64,000 nucleotides of DNA from Octopus bimaculoides (taxonomy: Eukaryota), in assembly GCF_001194135.2 (NCBI RefSeq), contig NC_068983.1, forward strand, positions 110,336,767 through 110,400,766. Reading direction: 5' to 3'. Under the pieces are notes generated by a model that made no database searches, was not told the DNA's origin, and saw only the letters and a program-made list of their open reading frames with translations. Each line of letters starts with the position of its first letter. The stretch's first letter is position 1. This document shows positions 26,950-40,585 of this stretch, in pieces. The position numbers were made by a program, and so were the translations under genes.

Positions 26950-27310
26950 TGCTGTGTGTTTAAGAAGCCCACTTTGCAACCACGTTTTTTTAAAATCCAG
27001 TCCCACTGCATGGTGTCTTGTGCAAGTATCTTTTATTATAACTCTTGGCTGACAAATGCCAGTTGAGTAGATCTGGAAGACGGAAAATGTCTGGAAGACC
27101 ATCGTATCTCTCTCTATCTTTCTAACTATATCTGTGTGTGTGTGTGCGTGTGCGTGTGCGTATGCCTATGTGTGTGTGTATGCGTAAGTAAGTTTGTTTA
27201 TGCAACCCCACCGTTTGACAATCAATATTGGTTTGTGTAGGCTCCATAGCTAAGCGTTTCTGCAAAAGAGAAAGAGGGAATAAGTACTGGGGTTGATTTG
27301 TTTGCCAGTA
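26950..27310 (+). mobile_element. Degenerate composite SINE (same family as 316-490 and 2652-3121) with internal CT/TG tract
   Basis: ccagtcccactgcatggtgtcttgtgcaagt (B-box/CORE-like), internal microsatellite, then tttgacaatc...gaataagtactggggttgatt. Confidence 0.65.
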
Positions 27311-27475
27311 TCTTTCAATAAGTGTCTCGGCATGGACGCAATCGAAACAAATATAAGATGATATATTATAGAACTCCCTCTTCACTCTCCCTCTCTCAAT
27401 CACTCTCACTCTCTCAATCACTCTCACTCTCTCAACCACTCTCTCCCTCTCTCAATCACGCTCTCTATGTATTTA

Positions 27476-27539
<64 letters not shown>

Positions 27540-29559
27540 AAAGTCTATGAGAATTACATAATACAGATCTTGAAGTGTAAAGATGATTTTTAAAAATAAT
27601 TATTTAAAATATGTTATGAAATCTTTTATGGGGCTGTTTCTAGCTTTTTGGGGGAAGAAGTTTTATTCTAGTGTGTGGGCGCTTTCGTTTAATCGTTACA
27701 AATATAGACATTTCGAATCGTGATTTTGGATCTAAAATCTAATAACCATGCAAAACCAATACATATTCCACTCAGCACAGTAATTTTACCCATCAATTAT
27801 TGAACAGATCAAAATAATAATATTGTCTAGGTAATCTTTACAGTGTCTAAATTTTTATATGCTATTGACTCGCCTATATAAAGTTAACGATCTTCATATC
27901 TTACAAGAAACTACACGTGTCTCTTAAAGGTAAATGCAATTACTATTAGCTGAAATGTTTCCTTTGAATCCTTAATCAGAATTCTAACAAATGTAAAATT
28001 GGCTGATAAAGGCAAGGAACACAATGAAATGGTCATTGTGCATGATTTTGAAGGAAATTAAAGAAAAGTAAATCAAAGCAAGTCATTTTGTCGGTAAAAA
28101 TGAATGAAACACCGTAACGAAAAATGTCAGAAAATATTTAAATGATTCATAAATCTGAAGTTATTTGATATAGGCAAACTATTGAACAAGAAATATAGTG
28201 AAGTGGAAAATATTTGACTCTTTTTATCTGATTATAAGCTGCCAACAAATCTCATATAGCTAACTAAAACATCACTGAATTTCGTTAAAGTGACATCTTG
28301 TTTCTTTGAAAAACACCGGAATATTTTCCGTATATGTATGAGTTTTTTTTTGTTTTTTGTAGCTGGAAGATTCTGTCTCATCAGATCAAAATATATTCGT
28401 AGAAATCATATTAAAATACATTATTATATAATAAAATATATATAACATATTATAAAATACTGAAACGCACTAGACGTTGACGTTTAGGTAAGTACCATTT
28501 TATAGCAAGATATTTTGTAAAGTGTAAACAGTTAAATGTATTATTCGAATAGTATGTACCACAATTTTAATTGTTCCTCTTTTCCTGAAAGTTACTGTGA
28601 AGATGCCCTGTGTCCCTCCTTGAAAACTACGGTGAAGATACCCTAAGATACTACTTCAAATTTAGCTTATGTAACTGAATCTATTTCAGTGTAGTGTAGT
28701 GTAGATTACTTGTGTTATGGTTTTAAACAATAATATTAGTTTAAGGAAATTTAGTACACCACAACGGAAAATTGGGGTGTAATTTTACAGCTTAGTCATC
28801 ACAGCAGTTACATAATTCAAAGATGCATTAATATTATCATTTATGTATCTGTACTGAAAGGCCGTGTTGTTCAGTGACTAAGTTCCTCAATAAGTGATTT
28901 AGGACTTAATCCACAGAACAGTAGCATTAGCATGTGTCTTATGTCATAAGATTGGGTCGGCCAAAGTATTATGAAGAGAACTTGAAGGACAAATATCCCG
29001 AAGAATCTCTTTAAAGGAACTATTCCAATTCAACTTAGGTAGCACTGAATTCACAACGCCACTTTACGGTCGGATATCTTTAGCAGACTTCATTTTTCTG
29101 CAGGTATTTGGGACACGTTTATGATACAAGATAACTTCCTTTCTTCATATTATCAACCATGGAATAGCAACAACAACCAACAATTTTACATGAGAAGCAA
29201 AATATACACCTACGTTAATGTAACAGTGAGCATGCAATTCAATATAGATGTATATTCGTATTGAAAATAACCTTAATTTTCAATAATTTATAAGAAATAT
29301 TTACGAAACTCATTAAATCAGATAATAGTCGAAAAGTAAGTCTTAATATATAGATCTAGTATATGAAATGATTAACCATTTGTATATATAACTTTGAGAA
29401 TTAAAAGTGGTATCTAAAAATAAATGTGTAGTGAAGAAAATAATAATAATCGAGAACTAAAAATATTCAGGATATTTTGGTAATTACAGGGAAAATTACT
29501 GTTTTTTTATTTTTATATCAATTTTATTTTTACATAAATTTCTGAGCATAGACTTTACC

Positions 29560-30480
29560 TAAAAGGTATTTTACTTCCAGAGGAAGTAGTAGTACGCTTG
29601 ACATTTTCTGCCCGCCAAAAGCAGTGTGGTGCTCTGGTCTTTCTCTGGAGGCATTCCAGGATATCACAATATTTAACAGCAGCCGGCTGTGGGGTCAGTA
29701 CTCCTTTTAAGACGCCAGTTGAAAATTGTAAAGCTTCACCAAATTCTGAAGGCTGAAGTATTGTCTGGTCATGAGAAGAGGGACAACTATTTGACATGTG
29801 GTGCTAATCATGTACTAAGGGTGTACGTTTGCCACCGGAGATCCTCGGTAATAGAGAATCCCAGCATTTGGGACCGCCGGAAAGACCATAGCTGAGTGCT
29901 AACATGTTTAAAGGAGTTATGGTATTTTATATGATTAGTTCTTTTAATATTTTACAGTTGAATGAAATGACGTATTCCCAGTGATATATTCTTTCAAGGT
30001 TTCTGTTTATGTAATCGACATAGGTATAAGTTTAGTGTGTAGATGATGCACGGTTGAAAAGAGATAAGGAGGAATTAAAATAGATGTGACCTGCATAAAA
30101 TGGATGTTGTTGAACGTGGTAGAAAATTCATTGATATACAGAACGATGAGAGTGGAGGAAACCTGTCCCTAGAAACAGAAGAGTATACTGAGTGAAGCAG
30201 ACAGAGCTTCGAATCTTGTCCAGCAATTAAGATAAGTGACAGGAAATTACTAGCTCAATAGACGAGAGATGAGAGATGAAAAGAAACTAGAAATTCTGAT
30301 AGGAAACTTAGATGCCAGACACGGTTGAAAGCTGATGTCTCTAGAAACAACATTAATCTTACCGACCTTCTCTAAAGCGAGAGCCTGGTATTCAGCGAAC
30401 AAAAAGAGTTTGTTTCTAGTGATTTTGTCTTTGCAGAAGTGGAACTGGTGGTCATTATTCAAGTTACTGTATAATGTTGA
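29560..30480 (-). mobile_element. Decayed CR1/L2/Jockey-like LINE reverse transcriptase fragment
   Basis: Motifs in order across frames: NDHQFHF, EYQALALEKVGKINVVSRDIS, LYINEFSTTFNNIHFYAG (cf. LFIND..IHSYADD), LGFSITEDLRW, DILECLQRK. Confidence 0.7.
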
Positions 30481-33400
30481 ATAAGATTTCAGATGACATA
30501 ATTCCTAAATAACTGTAGAACAACTCTAGAATGCTTAGAGAAATGTTTGAGAAATGAATATCTCAGAGACGCCTTTGTATGAAATGTAATGATTAGGTTA
30601 GTGTTAATGTGTTTAATAAAGAGAATAATTTCCAGTTAGCTGAATTACATAAATTGTTTTTCCTGCAGATGGTGTCTCCGTGTTATTTGTTCTTTAATCA
30701 AAGTAATTTTCTAATAAATAGTATGCATTTATAAACTACTTGGCAAATTGACTTGTGAAACCGATTTTTCACTTCTCTGAGATGTTTAGTTTAGTAATTG
30801 CGCTGTGCAAACATTTTAACATAACGATTCATCTCTGTGTTAGTAATTCCAGTTGTTTTAAAGAGATAGTCATCAGAAGAAAGTAATGTCAAACATACAA
30901 GTTAGATCATTCGTTATGTGTCGTCTACACAACAATATGTTAGACTAGAAAATATAAAATGCGCTCAAGTAGAACTTACTAATCAAGTATTGCGATAAAA
31001 GATAGTGTAGTGCTAGAGATTTAATAATGTTCAAGGATTTATACATGATTTATACACGTTATGTTGTGTCAAGAAAGAAAGTATGTTTCTAAGTTATCTA
31101 AAGCACTACATACTGTTACTTTGGTAAATAGATTTCTTACATGACCATAACAATGGATTATTGTAAGAAAATATCATGTCATGAATATATACTGCTAGAT
31201 TTTTAAAATTTCGTTACAGCAATGTCCACCGTAGGAAAACCTTCAGAATTATGACAGAAGAAGTTTGATATCAATTTAAGAAAATATCGCATGTCATTTA
31301 CATGTAAAAGTTATCAATAAGTTTATTACTTTAAAGCAATTTTAAGAGTATCGATAGGATATATTTACTAATGAGGGAACACTATACAGCGGTAGTGTGG
31401 AATTCATTGATCAGACCAGGTTGACTGGTATTTCAACTTGATCTTGTTATTTATTTCACATTAAGTATGTATGCTACGAACTTGAAAAACTTGAGCTAAT
31501 CAAATAGAGGTTAATTTTACTTGTCATTTTACTTGAGTTGTCCCCATACTTTGTATTTATCCATAACTCTCGTTGACTAACACTCTCAATGCATAACTAT
31601 CATAAGCAGCATTAGATCAGTGAAATAGAACTGCTATACTGTTTCCACAAGTGTTTCAGTACTACAGCTGATATCATTAGTAACCATATTAATAACTTGA
31701 AAACTTCCACTTTATAGCAGTATATTAAATACCGATTTTATAATGATTGAATTAGTGAAGACCCTCCACGAAACAATTAAGAATGGGGAACAGAAAACGT
31801 TTCCTTTACACTTAACAAATATACTTATTAGCTAGGGTTATATGCCATTAATATATGAATACAATAGTGGTAATAACTTTGCATGTCAAGCAGCTTAAAT
31901 AAAGGCATTAGTTTCAAACATGGATTAAGCACGACTCTCACCACAGATTCACTGGTGTTTTACAGTGCTTTCTATAACAAATTAATTAGAATTTTTATTG
32001 TCATCAATATATGCTTATTTCTGACTCATTTATTAAAGAGTATTAAGACTAAATCGAAATCGGTGGAATTGGAATATAGAACCTAAATGCTTCAAATATT
32101 ATTGTTCTATATTGACTCTACAACATTATGGAGACTTTGGTACATTTCAAATGAAACAGCGATAACTCCATTCAGTCCCACAGTAAATTTTCAAATGGAA
32201 GTGGGTGCAGGTGATTATATAACACGGGATAAAACTAGCAATTATGCTTTTTACTGATTCTAGAGAGAGAAAATCGCAAAGTACATCACAGCTAAATCTG
32301 AGATTGAAATAACGTATGAGATTAAATACTGTAATATATTTCTACTGTTACATATCGTCAGCCGTCAACTCTGCATTCTTCTAATATCGAATTAATAATC
32401 ACAAATTATATGTGTAACAGCACACGACCAAGTAATTACATATTTTCAAAAGTGATTTTATGTCAAATCAAGCCGATTCATTGACCAACTTTGACATTTG
32501 CAAGTAGTGTTTTGCTTTCTGCCACTATCGAACATATCAATATAAATAATAAATGTGTTTTAATATCCTTTACTTTGCTAGAGTGACACAAATGCATATT
32601 GTTGCAATGAAAGTCAAACTCAGATGTCAATTCTATTAATCATCGCTCGTTCACATTATATGTTTCTGACAAATATATTTCACTGATGTTGTAGGAGATC
32701 TATGCCAGTTTACCACAATGCATCAGAATACATAACGGTATATTTGTATTGTTTGTAAACTCTTCGTTTGGAATTTGAAACAAACACTTCAGGAGAGTAT
32801 ACAGAACGAGAGAAAGCAATTAGACGACAACATACTAGCAAAATGTTACTGATTTTTATAAAAGATTGTATGAGATTCGGAAATAGAAAAATAAAAGCAT
32901 GTAAACTTTTTCTGAGGCATTATGTATTTCACATGAAATCGCACGAAACTAAAATTGCATCGGAGTCGTACATTCTTTATCAATGTTTACATCTACTCTA
33001 TAAATTTTACTATGCACGACGATTTATATTGCTAGTTTGTTAGACAAAGTGGCTGCCTTTCATATTCATGAACTTAAATAATTGATTCCATACTCAGATA
33101 TTAGTTAGTTGTACAAATAAACTCGCTCAGAGTTTGATATTGAAAATGCATTGAAGAAACCGAAATTGTACAAGCTGAAATTCTTCCTCGTCCATCGGAT
33201 CCACTAGCTGTACACTAAGTTGTACATATTAATGTACGACTTTTAAAGATGATTCCATACTATCTTATAAGATAATTCAATAGTATCTTCATTGTATCCT
33301 CAGGGAGAATACAATGAAGTCCCCACTCATTTCTACGCCAAGCTGTCAGTAAATTATTTAGTAAGCTGATATATTGGAGCCATGTCGTTTAAACTTTTCC

Positions 33401-34331
33401 ATGTTTACTAGCAACATAAATAGTTACAATTGAGAATAAAATTCGGATCACTCATCAGTTTGGTTTTGACTTACATCTACTCTATAACCCTCGCTTACTT
33501 GATAACATATATCACGATTTTAGTTTTTTTCTTTTTCAATCTTCTTCTTTCTACTATCAACAACTTCGACTGATATATTACCTAAGAAAGTATCAGAGTT
33601 TTGAAAAAAGTTAATCAATTTCTGATTTCTGAATAAATGCCAAGTTTCTAAAACAGTAGCTTTGTGAATATAGTTTCAATCAAGAATTTATAGGTTTCTA
33701 TAATTACGTATTGCATAAACAAAATAATAATGTATACACTGCGAAGTAGTTAGGCTTGGTTCAAAATATTTTTTTGTGGAGGACATGGTGATCTCGGAAT
33801 CTTATAACCTTACTGTAGTCTACAAAAGAAAATATAATGTCCAATAATATTCTTTTGTAATATCTATAGCTCTGAACTGATTTTACATATTTACTGTAAT
33901 GCTGACTATATATCCAGAAAAGCAAACTATAGTTTCTATTCTCTCCCTAACGCTATATGTACCGAATATTCAAACGCAGTTCGCTAATTTGTTTTGAAGA
34001 CTTTTGTTCGACAGCTATACCGATCTTAAAATAACCCCACTTACAAGCAACAAGTAAATTAGATGTACACAGACGGTAATAGTTGTCTCCTGCTTACATA
34101 AAGGTTACAAGTGACTATAAGAACACCGCCAGCGAGATAGCGTCAACTATTTCTTCCGCCACCAACAAAAGCAACATCCTTAGAACTTATGTCAATACTA
34201 CCTTCACTATCAATATTTATAAGAAAGACCAAAGATTTTTTCGTATGCCACGTTAAGAAGTCAAAGTGATTTGAGATAGTGATTTAAATATCAACACAAC
34301 CATTTTCTTCTGAAAAGCACTTATTAATAAT

Positions 34332-34710
34332 GTACGAGGTGGTATCAAAAAGTCCTGGACTACTTAAATTTAATAAAAAAAATAACTTATCTAAGTTTTA
34401 ACATCATGTCTTTCGAAATACAAACGCCACAACGCAGCAATACATTGATCCCAACGTTCTACCCACTATTGGAATCCGCCATGGTAGTCTTTTTCCGTAA
34501 GCAACATTGTTAACACAGTGTCATTTGAACTGCATTTTCATTTTGGTGATGTGATGGAAGTCCGGAGGTGCTAAATCTGGCGAATAGGATGGGTGCGGAA
34601 GCAATACTGTGTTGTTTTTGGCGAGAAACACAGGAGTGAGGAGAGCTCGGTTACAGGGTTTATTGTCATCGTGAATAATCCACTTTTTCGCACTCCACAA
34701 ATGCGACCGT
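34332..34710 (-). mobile_element. Mariner 3' fragment with TIR
   Basis: TA + cgaggtggtatcaaaaagtcctggac TIR. The minus strand carries remnants resembling DN.P.H and HP.YSPDLAP.DF. Confidence 0.7.
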
Positions 34711-35159
34711 TACCCCCAATTTAAGAAATCGATCACTGCTTTGACTCAAATCATGTGCAAAATTTTAGGAGTGGGGTTCATAACGCCCGCTCACGTTTTT
34801 ACCAAACTTGGTGTGCTGACTCAATGCAACGCAGAAATAGTATATCTGAAATTCCAGCTTACTAGTTAAAGTAGTTTCGGAGTTATGAACTTTTAAAACT
34901 ATAATCATTAGGTGTCACTAGTTTCACACTAGATTCCGCTGCCCAGATCCTTGCAAACGCAAGACAGATGTGGAATAAAAGTGTATTTATACATTTTAAG
35001 ATTACTGAATTGAAATTGCTCTTTGCAAAGGTTGAAAAACTAGGTTATTTTTAGACAGAGGCCACTACAATCATTCGATAACATACAAAATCAAAGACAA
35101 TACATAGTTTTACTTTATAGGTCTAATCCCAATTTTAAATAACTGTATAAGAAAAAGGG

Positions 35160-37200
35160 TGCTGATTCTTAGCATATTTTTAAACATAAATAATTAATAT
35201 GACTTATTAGATAGAATAAATCGAAGCTGAAGTTTCTCCTTCTTTTTACAAACATCATAAAGATCTTGAAGGGACTCTGATTTGTTCTGGGAATTTCCAG
35301 TTTTGATGGTTCTCGAATCCGAAAGTTTTTTTTATAGAGTTCAAATGCTTTTTTATGAACTTGCAGGCTACCACATAACTTCTGATAATCATGTGCATTG
35401 AACATTTGGTCAGTAAACCAAAAATCTGCCCAGCTGTAAGAGATGAATCCGAAAACATTGAGAAGCAAAACTCTTTCCTCTGGTAGAAGAATAAATGCCA
35501 AAAGAGCTAGTATTGCTCAAACATTCCATCTTGCATTACTTAAGTTGGGTATTTTTTAAAAACTTTACAGTAGAAAATTTTCTGGTTTCTTCAAAGAAAC
35601 GAAAAAGTCAAATTAAATATAAATTTGATGTCATCTCGCCATCCTGCTAATTCAGTAATCTTTTCTTCACCATTGTTGAAATTAGCTTGGAGTTTCTCGT
35701 AATTACTTAGAAGCTCTGGGATGAATGCATATTCAATATTAGGAGATGACTTTGTCAGCATCATATCCTTGATAGAGTTCTTCGTGTTGTAATGGAGGAC
35801 TTAACCCAAGAGTATCAGAGAAAATTAAAAATCTATTACAAGAAGAACTCTATCAAGGATATGAAGCTGACAACCAACAAATTGCGGTTCTTTCAAACCC
35901 TTATGAGCAAACAGACTTTGCAACTGAATAAAAACAAGTAAGCTAACCAAAGCCGACCATTTTTTTATTTGGCACACATTGCACTTGTGCAGGCAATGTC
36001 GATTTGATCGATAGTGTGAGCTATCGTATAGGACTCACATTTGAATCTGTATAAACAAATCAACTGTGTAGGTTGTTTAACCAGCGACTCAGTATGGTCT
36101 TTTGCTAAACTCACATCTGTCGTCTACGAAAGGAAGATTAACTACGCACCAAGAGAAAGAGGGAGAGAGAGAGGGGGAAAGAAAGAAGAGGAGAGAGTGG
36201 GAGAGAGAGATAAATAGGGAGAGAGAGAGAGAGGGGGAAAGAAAGAAGAGGAGAGAGTGGGAGAGAGAGATAAAGAGGGAGAGAGAGTAGAAGGGAGAGC
36301 GAGGATGATTAGGTGAGCGGGATTGTCACAGTAGTTGTTACTCTAGAATTGCTCAAATTGCTCAGTAGCTGGTCTCTTACACCAACTCTATTTCCCCGCA
36401 AGATGGTTAAATATCTCCTTCAAATTCATTGTAGTATATCTGTAAAATTTACTTCTATTGCGGCAACTTCTCACACGATGGCCTTTGACTTGTATTTTCT
36501 GTTTGACTTGTTTTATGAATAGCGGTATTTCTTTTGTCTCCTTTTATCTGTATTTTGCTTTAGCTTCTTTGCCGTCTCGTTTTCACATTCTTGTCCTTGT
36601 TAAGTTCCTCCAAGATTGATATCTCTTACTTCATTAGTTCTATTTATTTTCCTATCATTCTTGGCATTTAGGATTCCTGCAACGCAGAGATCTAGCGCTC
36701 ATTTTTATTGATCAAGCATTTTGATGAAATTACTTTAGTTGAGACATTGATCAGTTTATTGAGTTCAGACATATTAGGTTTTATTGTGTATAGAAGATAC
36801 TTGATTGCAGCGTTTACCAAACTCAACAGTTTGTTTCGTTTTTATTGTTATTTTTTTTATCGGTAGTTTTCTTTCATCCATGTTCGTCCCGCTTACGTAA
36901 GCGCATTCATTTACATTGCTTTATGCTTCAATGTCTCTCATTATTTTCTTCTAGAATTTCGTCATTGTCTATCTCATTGGTATTTGCTTCACCTATTCCT
37001 AATGTCAGTGCGATTCTTGATAACTTTCCCTCTTTAATGTGTTACTCTTTTTGTGAGTTCATTACTTCACTAAGTGGATTTTCCCCTCTTTCATTTGAGT
37101 TCAAATATTCTGTATTCATATCTAGGTCACCGTGCTAGCCTGCTAAGGCATAGGTATATGCAACAATTCTTCTTTCTATTTCTTAAGACCATATAAGAGT
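35160..37200 (-). mobile_element. Decayed R4/Dong-clade LINE (N-terminal region to RT), interrupted by a GA-rich tract
   Basis: ILLPEE, HKKAFE (cf. DYKKAFD) and K/R-rich segments typical of the pre-RT region. Confidence 0.6.
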
Positions 37201-37299
37201 TTTCACATATTTGTCTCCTTTTCATCAGTTACTAGAAAATATTCCTGATTTTGTGCTCCACCAGAGTTCACTTATTTCGCTTTATTCAACGCTAATATA

Positions 37300-37550
37300 T
37301 TGGGTTGATGCATAATTATCGCGGCTTTTTTTCAACAAATTTTATTCAACAAAAACAATAACAATATGTAACAAAAACATCTTTAAATGATTATTCCGGA
37401 GCATTTTCACCATCTAATCTAATTACTGCTTTCCATTTGTTTGGCAAACGGTCAGACCGTCATTTAAAGATGTTTTCGTTAAATATTACTATTGTTTTTG
37501 TTGAATAAAATTTGTTGAAAAAAAGCTGCAGTAATTTTGTACCAACCCAA
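37300..37550. mobile_element. Mariner-derived MITE, ~90-bp TIRs, TA target duplication
   Basis: TA-ttgggttgatgcataattatcgcggctttttttcaacaaattttattcaacaaaaacaata...atctttaaatga is mirrored by tcatttaaagat...caacccaa-TA. Confidence 0.9.
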
Positions 37551-37599
37551 TATAATGGTTCATCAGGAGGATCAGAAAAAAGACATCTTGTCCAGGAAG

Positions 37600-38845
37600 C
37601 CGTCGTGATCCGTTATTTTGTAGGAGACTGTTCCAGTTTCATATAACTTAATCCCCCGGTTTCTCTTTGTGAGGCATGAATGTTGGTTATCCGCGTTACG
37701 GCCAATGTATTATGAATTACGTCTTTTTTGCAATATATGAGGAGTTTTAAATTTTCCTTTACCGCGAAGAGATATTTTATTCGTGATAGCATAGAATTTG
37801 AGCAGGCATATTCAAACTTAAAGTGACCCGGTTATAACAATACTATGCTTCTCTTGGTGCCATACCGTCATTCGCCTCCCATCGTCATGTGTAAGGGTAT
37901 ATGTGTCACTATACAGAAATAGATTTTGCCCGCACATTTTATAATTTCTGTTAAGTCAAGAGCTATGTCCTGGTACTTTGCCATTTTTTCAATACTTCAC
38001 ATATGTGATTTCTCATAAATTGGGATGTAAAGTCAATTAGCTGGCACTTTCTATTCTTTTTGTCTACTTCTACTAACTTAGACATTCTGTCAGTTTGAAT
38101 GTTAATATCTTACAACATTTTGTACTCTTTATGTTGTACCACTTAAGTAGATTCACATTTACATAGCTTATATGTACGGTCAATCCTAGATTTCTACACC
38201 AGTTTTTATCATGGGGCAGGTCTGGATTTTTTGCAAATTACCCTTTGAATTTATTGTGCTCTATCATGCCTGTTGAAATACTCTGTAGGCGCAAGAAGAC
38301 TGCACATGGAGATAATAACTTCAATGGTTTCATTTTGTTGTTGGCATACACGACATGTTGGGCAGCTGCTGTTCTTTAATATGTTGGTCTGATAGTTTCT
38401 GTTAGGTAGGCATTGATCTTGAGCTGCTATGATAAAGCCTGTTTCTGATTTTAAACTAGAAGACACTAACCATTGATGGGTCAGGGCTTTGTCAATATCG
38501 GCACTATTAGCTCTCTATGGCTATTTCTCCTTCAGAGGTTTTTCTTGCCATTTATCAGAAATAATATCTAAGGCAGCAGTTTTAGCACGGGTTTTCATGC
38601 GCTTAGCTTTTTCTGTGCTTGTTTCTAGTACGTCTAAATCTGGAATTTGTTGTATTTGGAATTCACTTTTGTTACTGAGTATGATAATTTCTTGTTTTCA
38701 TGCTTTAAAACAAGTTTTGACACCGAGTCATCAGAGTTTTTCAGCAAGGTGTCTAGGCCAATTGTGGCAATCTTTATTGTTAATTCCAGTTGTAAAAGTC
38801 CACGGCCACCCTCTTTTCTTGTCAGGTAAAGCCGTTCTATATCTG
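37600..38845 (-). mobile_element. 5'-truncated R4/Dong LINE (RT C-terminus, zinc knuckle, RLE region)
   Basis: ADIERLYLTRKEGGRGLLQ and FIIAAQDQCLPNRNYQ..CRVCQQQNETIE.IIS.C..LAPTEY..RHD. The 5' end abuts (GAA)n. Confidence 0.85.
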
Positions 38846-38937
38846 CCTTCTTCTTCTTCTTCTTCTTCTTCTTCTTCTTCTTCTTCTTCTTCTTCTTCTT
38901 CTTCTTCTTCTTCTTCTTCTTCTTCTTCTTCTTCTTC
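38846..38937. repeat. (CTT/GAA)n microsatellite between two Dong fragments
   Basis: Direct reading. Confidence 0.97.
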
Positions 38938-39280
38938 AGTATTCTTACATTTATAACGTGCTTTCAATGCACTTCCGAGTGCAGGTCTGTGTGCCTTGGG
39001 TATGTGCTGTGGTTTGCTGTCATGCTCTTATGGTTACTGTATTGAAAGTGTTTTGCGCAGGATGTGTGCAGTGCCCAGTAGTGCAATTTTTCTGTATGTT
39101 ATATATATTTGTAAGCTTTGGTGCTTTTGTTATGTATTTGTTTGAATATTTTTTTTATCATATCTAATGCGCCTACTATGTATTCCTTCTGAATTTTCGT
39201 TTTCATTTCTATAGTTAGTTCTATGTCAGATTCTAATACTCCCAGATACTTACAACTCTCTCCCCCTTTCAATGATTGTC
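38938..39280 (-). mobile_element. Dong LINE 3' end (family shared with 45050-45275)
   Basis: ALLGTAHILRKTLSIQ* plus a 3' UTR closely similar to 45110-45272. Confidence 0.85.
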
Positions 39281-40585
39281 ATGTCTGTATTATCATCATC
39301 ATCATCATCATCATCATGAGCATGATCATGAGCGTGATTTAAACATGTCCAATTAAGCATTAAACAGATAAAGATAACGTGGCAACTTTTCGGTTTGTTA
39401 CAAATTTCACCGTAGGAAAGAAAATGTCTTTAAACCTGTATATACTAGAAACGATTTTTAAGATATGCAATACAAAATAGTTGGCAATATTGTTAATACT
39501 TTCAGCACAGTAAACATTGCGGAAATGAATGACTAAAATGATTTGTCTGTGAAATTAACTTTAATGGACCATGAAAATCGAGAGCCAAATATGTAAACTT
39601 AATGGGAATACTTGCTAAAATGAAGCCAAAAATAAAATTAAATGTGCAAATTTAGGATAGTCATTCATTGATCCTCATGTGAGAGAGATGTAATGTAAAT
39701 CTCGAAATTACTCGTCAATTTTCTCTTTAGTTTATTGTTCCATTTGCTAGTTAGTTTGACTATTCTTAATTGCTTTACTGCGAAGTATGTGAGGCAAGCT
39801 ATATTTAGTTTCTAATTTTCAATGCAACGATGCACCATCAATGTAAACAACTTTACGAAATGTTAGCTCGAAAGTGTTCAAAATAAAGCACCAGTTCTCG
39901 GTCCCTTAGTTTATTATTGTAACGAAAATTTTCCTCGGAAATACTTTGCTGTTAAATGCTGACCGTCAATAAGGAAGTCTATATTTCATCTAATACTTTA
40001 AAATGATAACAATATCCTCGTAAATAGAAAAGCCGATAGAATTTCTTGCTTAACGAAGTATTGAATCTTATCTAATAGAGCTAGTGACTAGATTATAGAC
40101 AACAACCACCTCAATAATCACAAAATAAATTTATATCCGAAGGAAAGCGTGTTCAGTTTCACTGTTTCTGTTCATTTTAGTAATAGGTTCACAAATACTG
40201 AAATGTCACAATACAAACGGAAAAAACCGTCTGATTAAAATAATCTAGGAATTTTTCTATGCTATTTTAGTTGCCCTTAATTAAATAATATGTGTGTTTT
40301 AGACACCGCGTGAGTTACCTCGTTATTCATTCTAGCTTGTAGTTACTAGAGATATTTCATGCAACTTGACTATAGCCATCAAAAATTAGACAGGGTAAAA
40401 TATTTCTATAGATAATAATACGTTTATGTATTATGTCTTCAAGTATAATTTCTGGAGATCATCTAAAATAGCCCATTTTGAACTAATTTACTTTGTGGAA
40501 ATCTCTTATTAGGTTAGTCTCTTAAATACTCTATATAAGATTTCCAGAGCAATCTTGATAATCGTAGAAATATGTGATAGAATAA

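Noticed and set aside
28595-28650. Repeated gtgaagat(g/a)ccct motif, HHR-like at first glance
   Set aside because: No CUGA core or closing stems; only a short direct repeat.
29555-29891. Apparent minus-strand coding exon (MSNSCPSS..., with AG|GTAAAG donor)
   Set aside because: Adjacent frames give LGFSITEDLRW and ILECLQRK, collinear with RT motifs up to 30460, so it is a decayed LINE.
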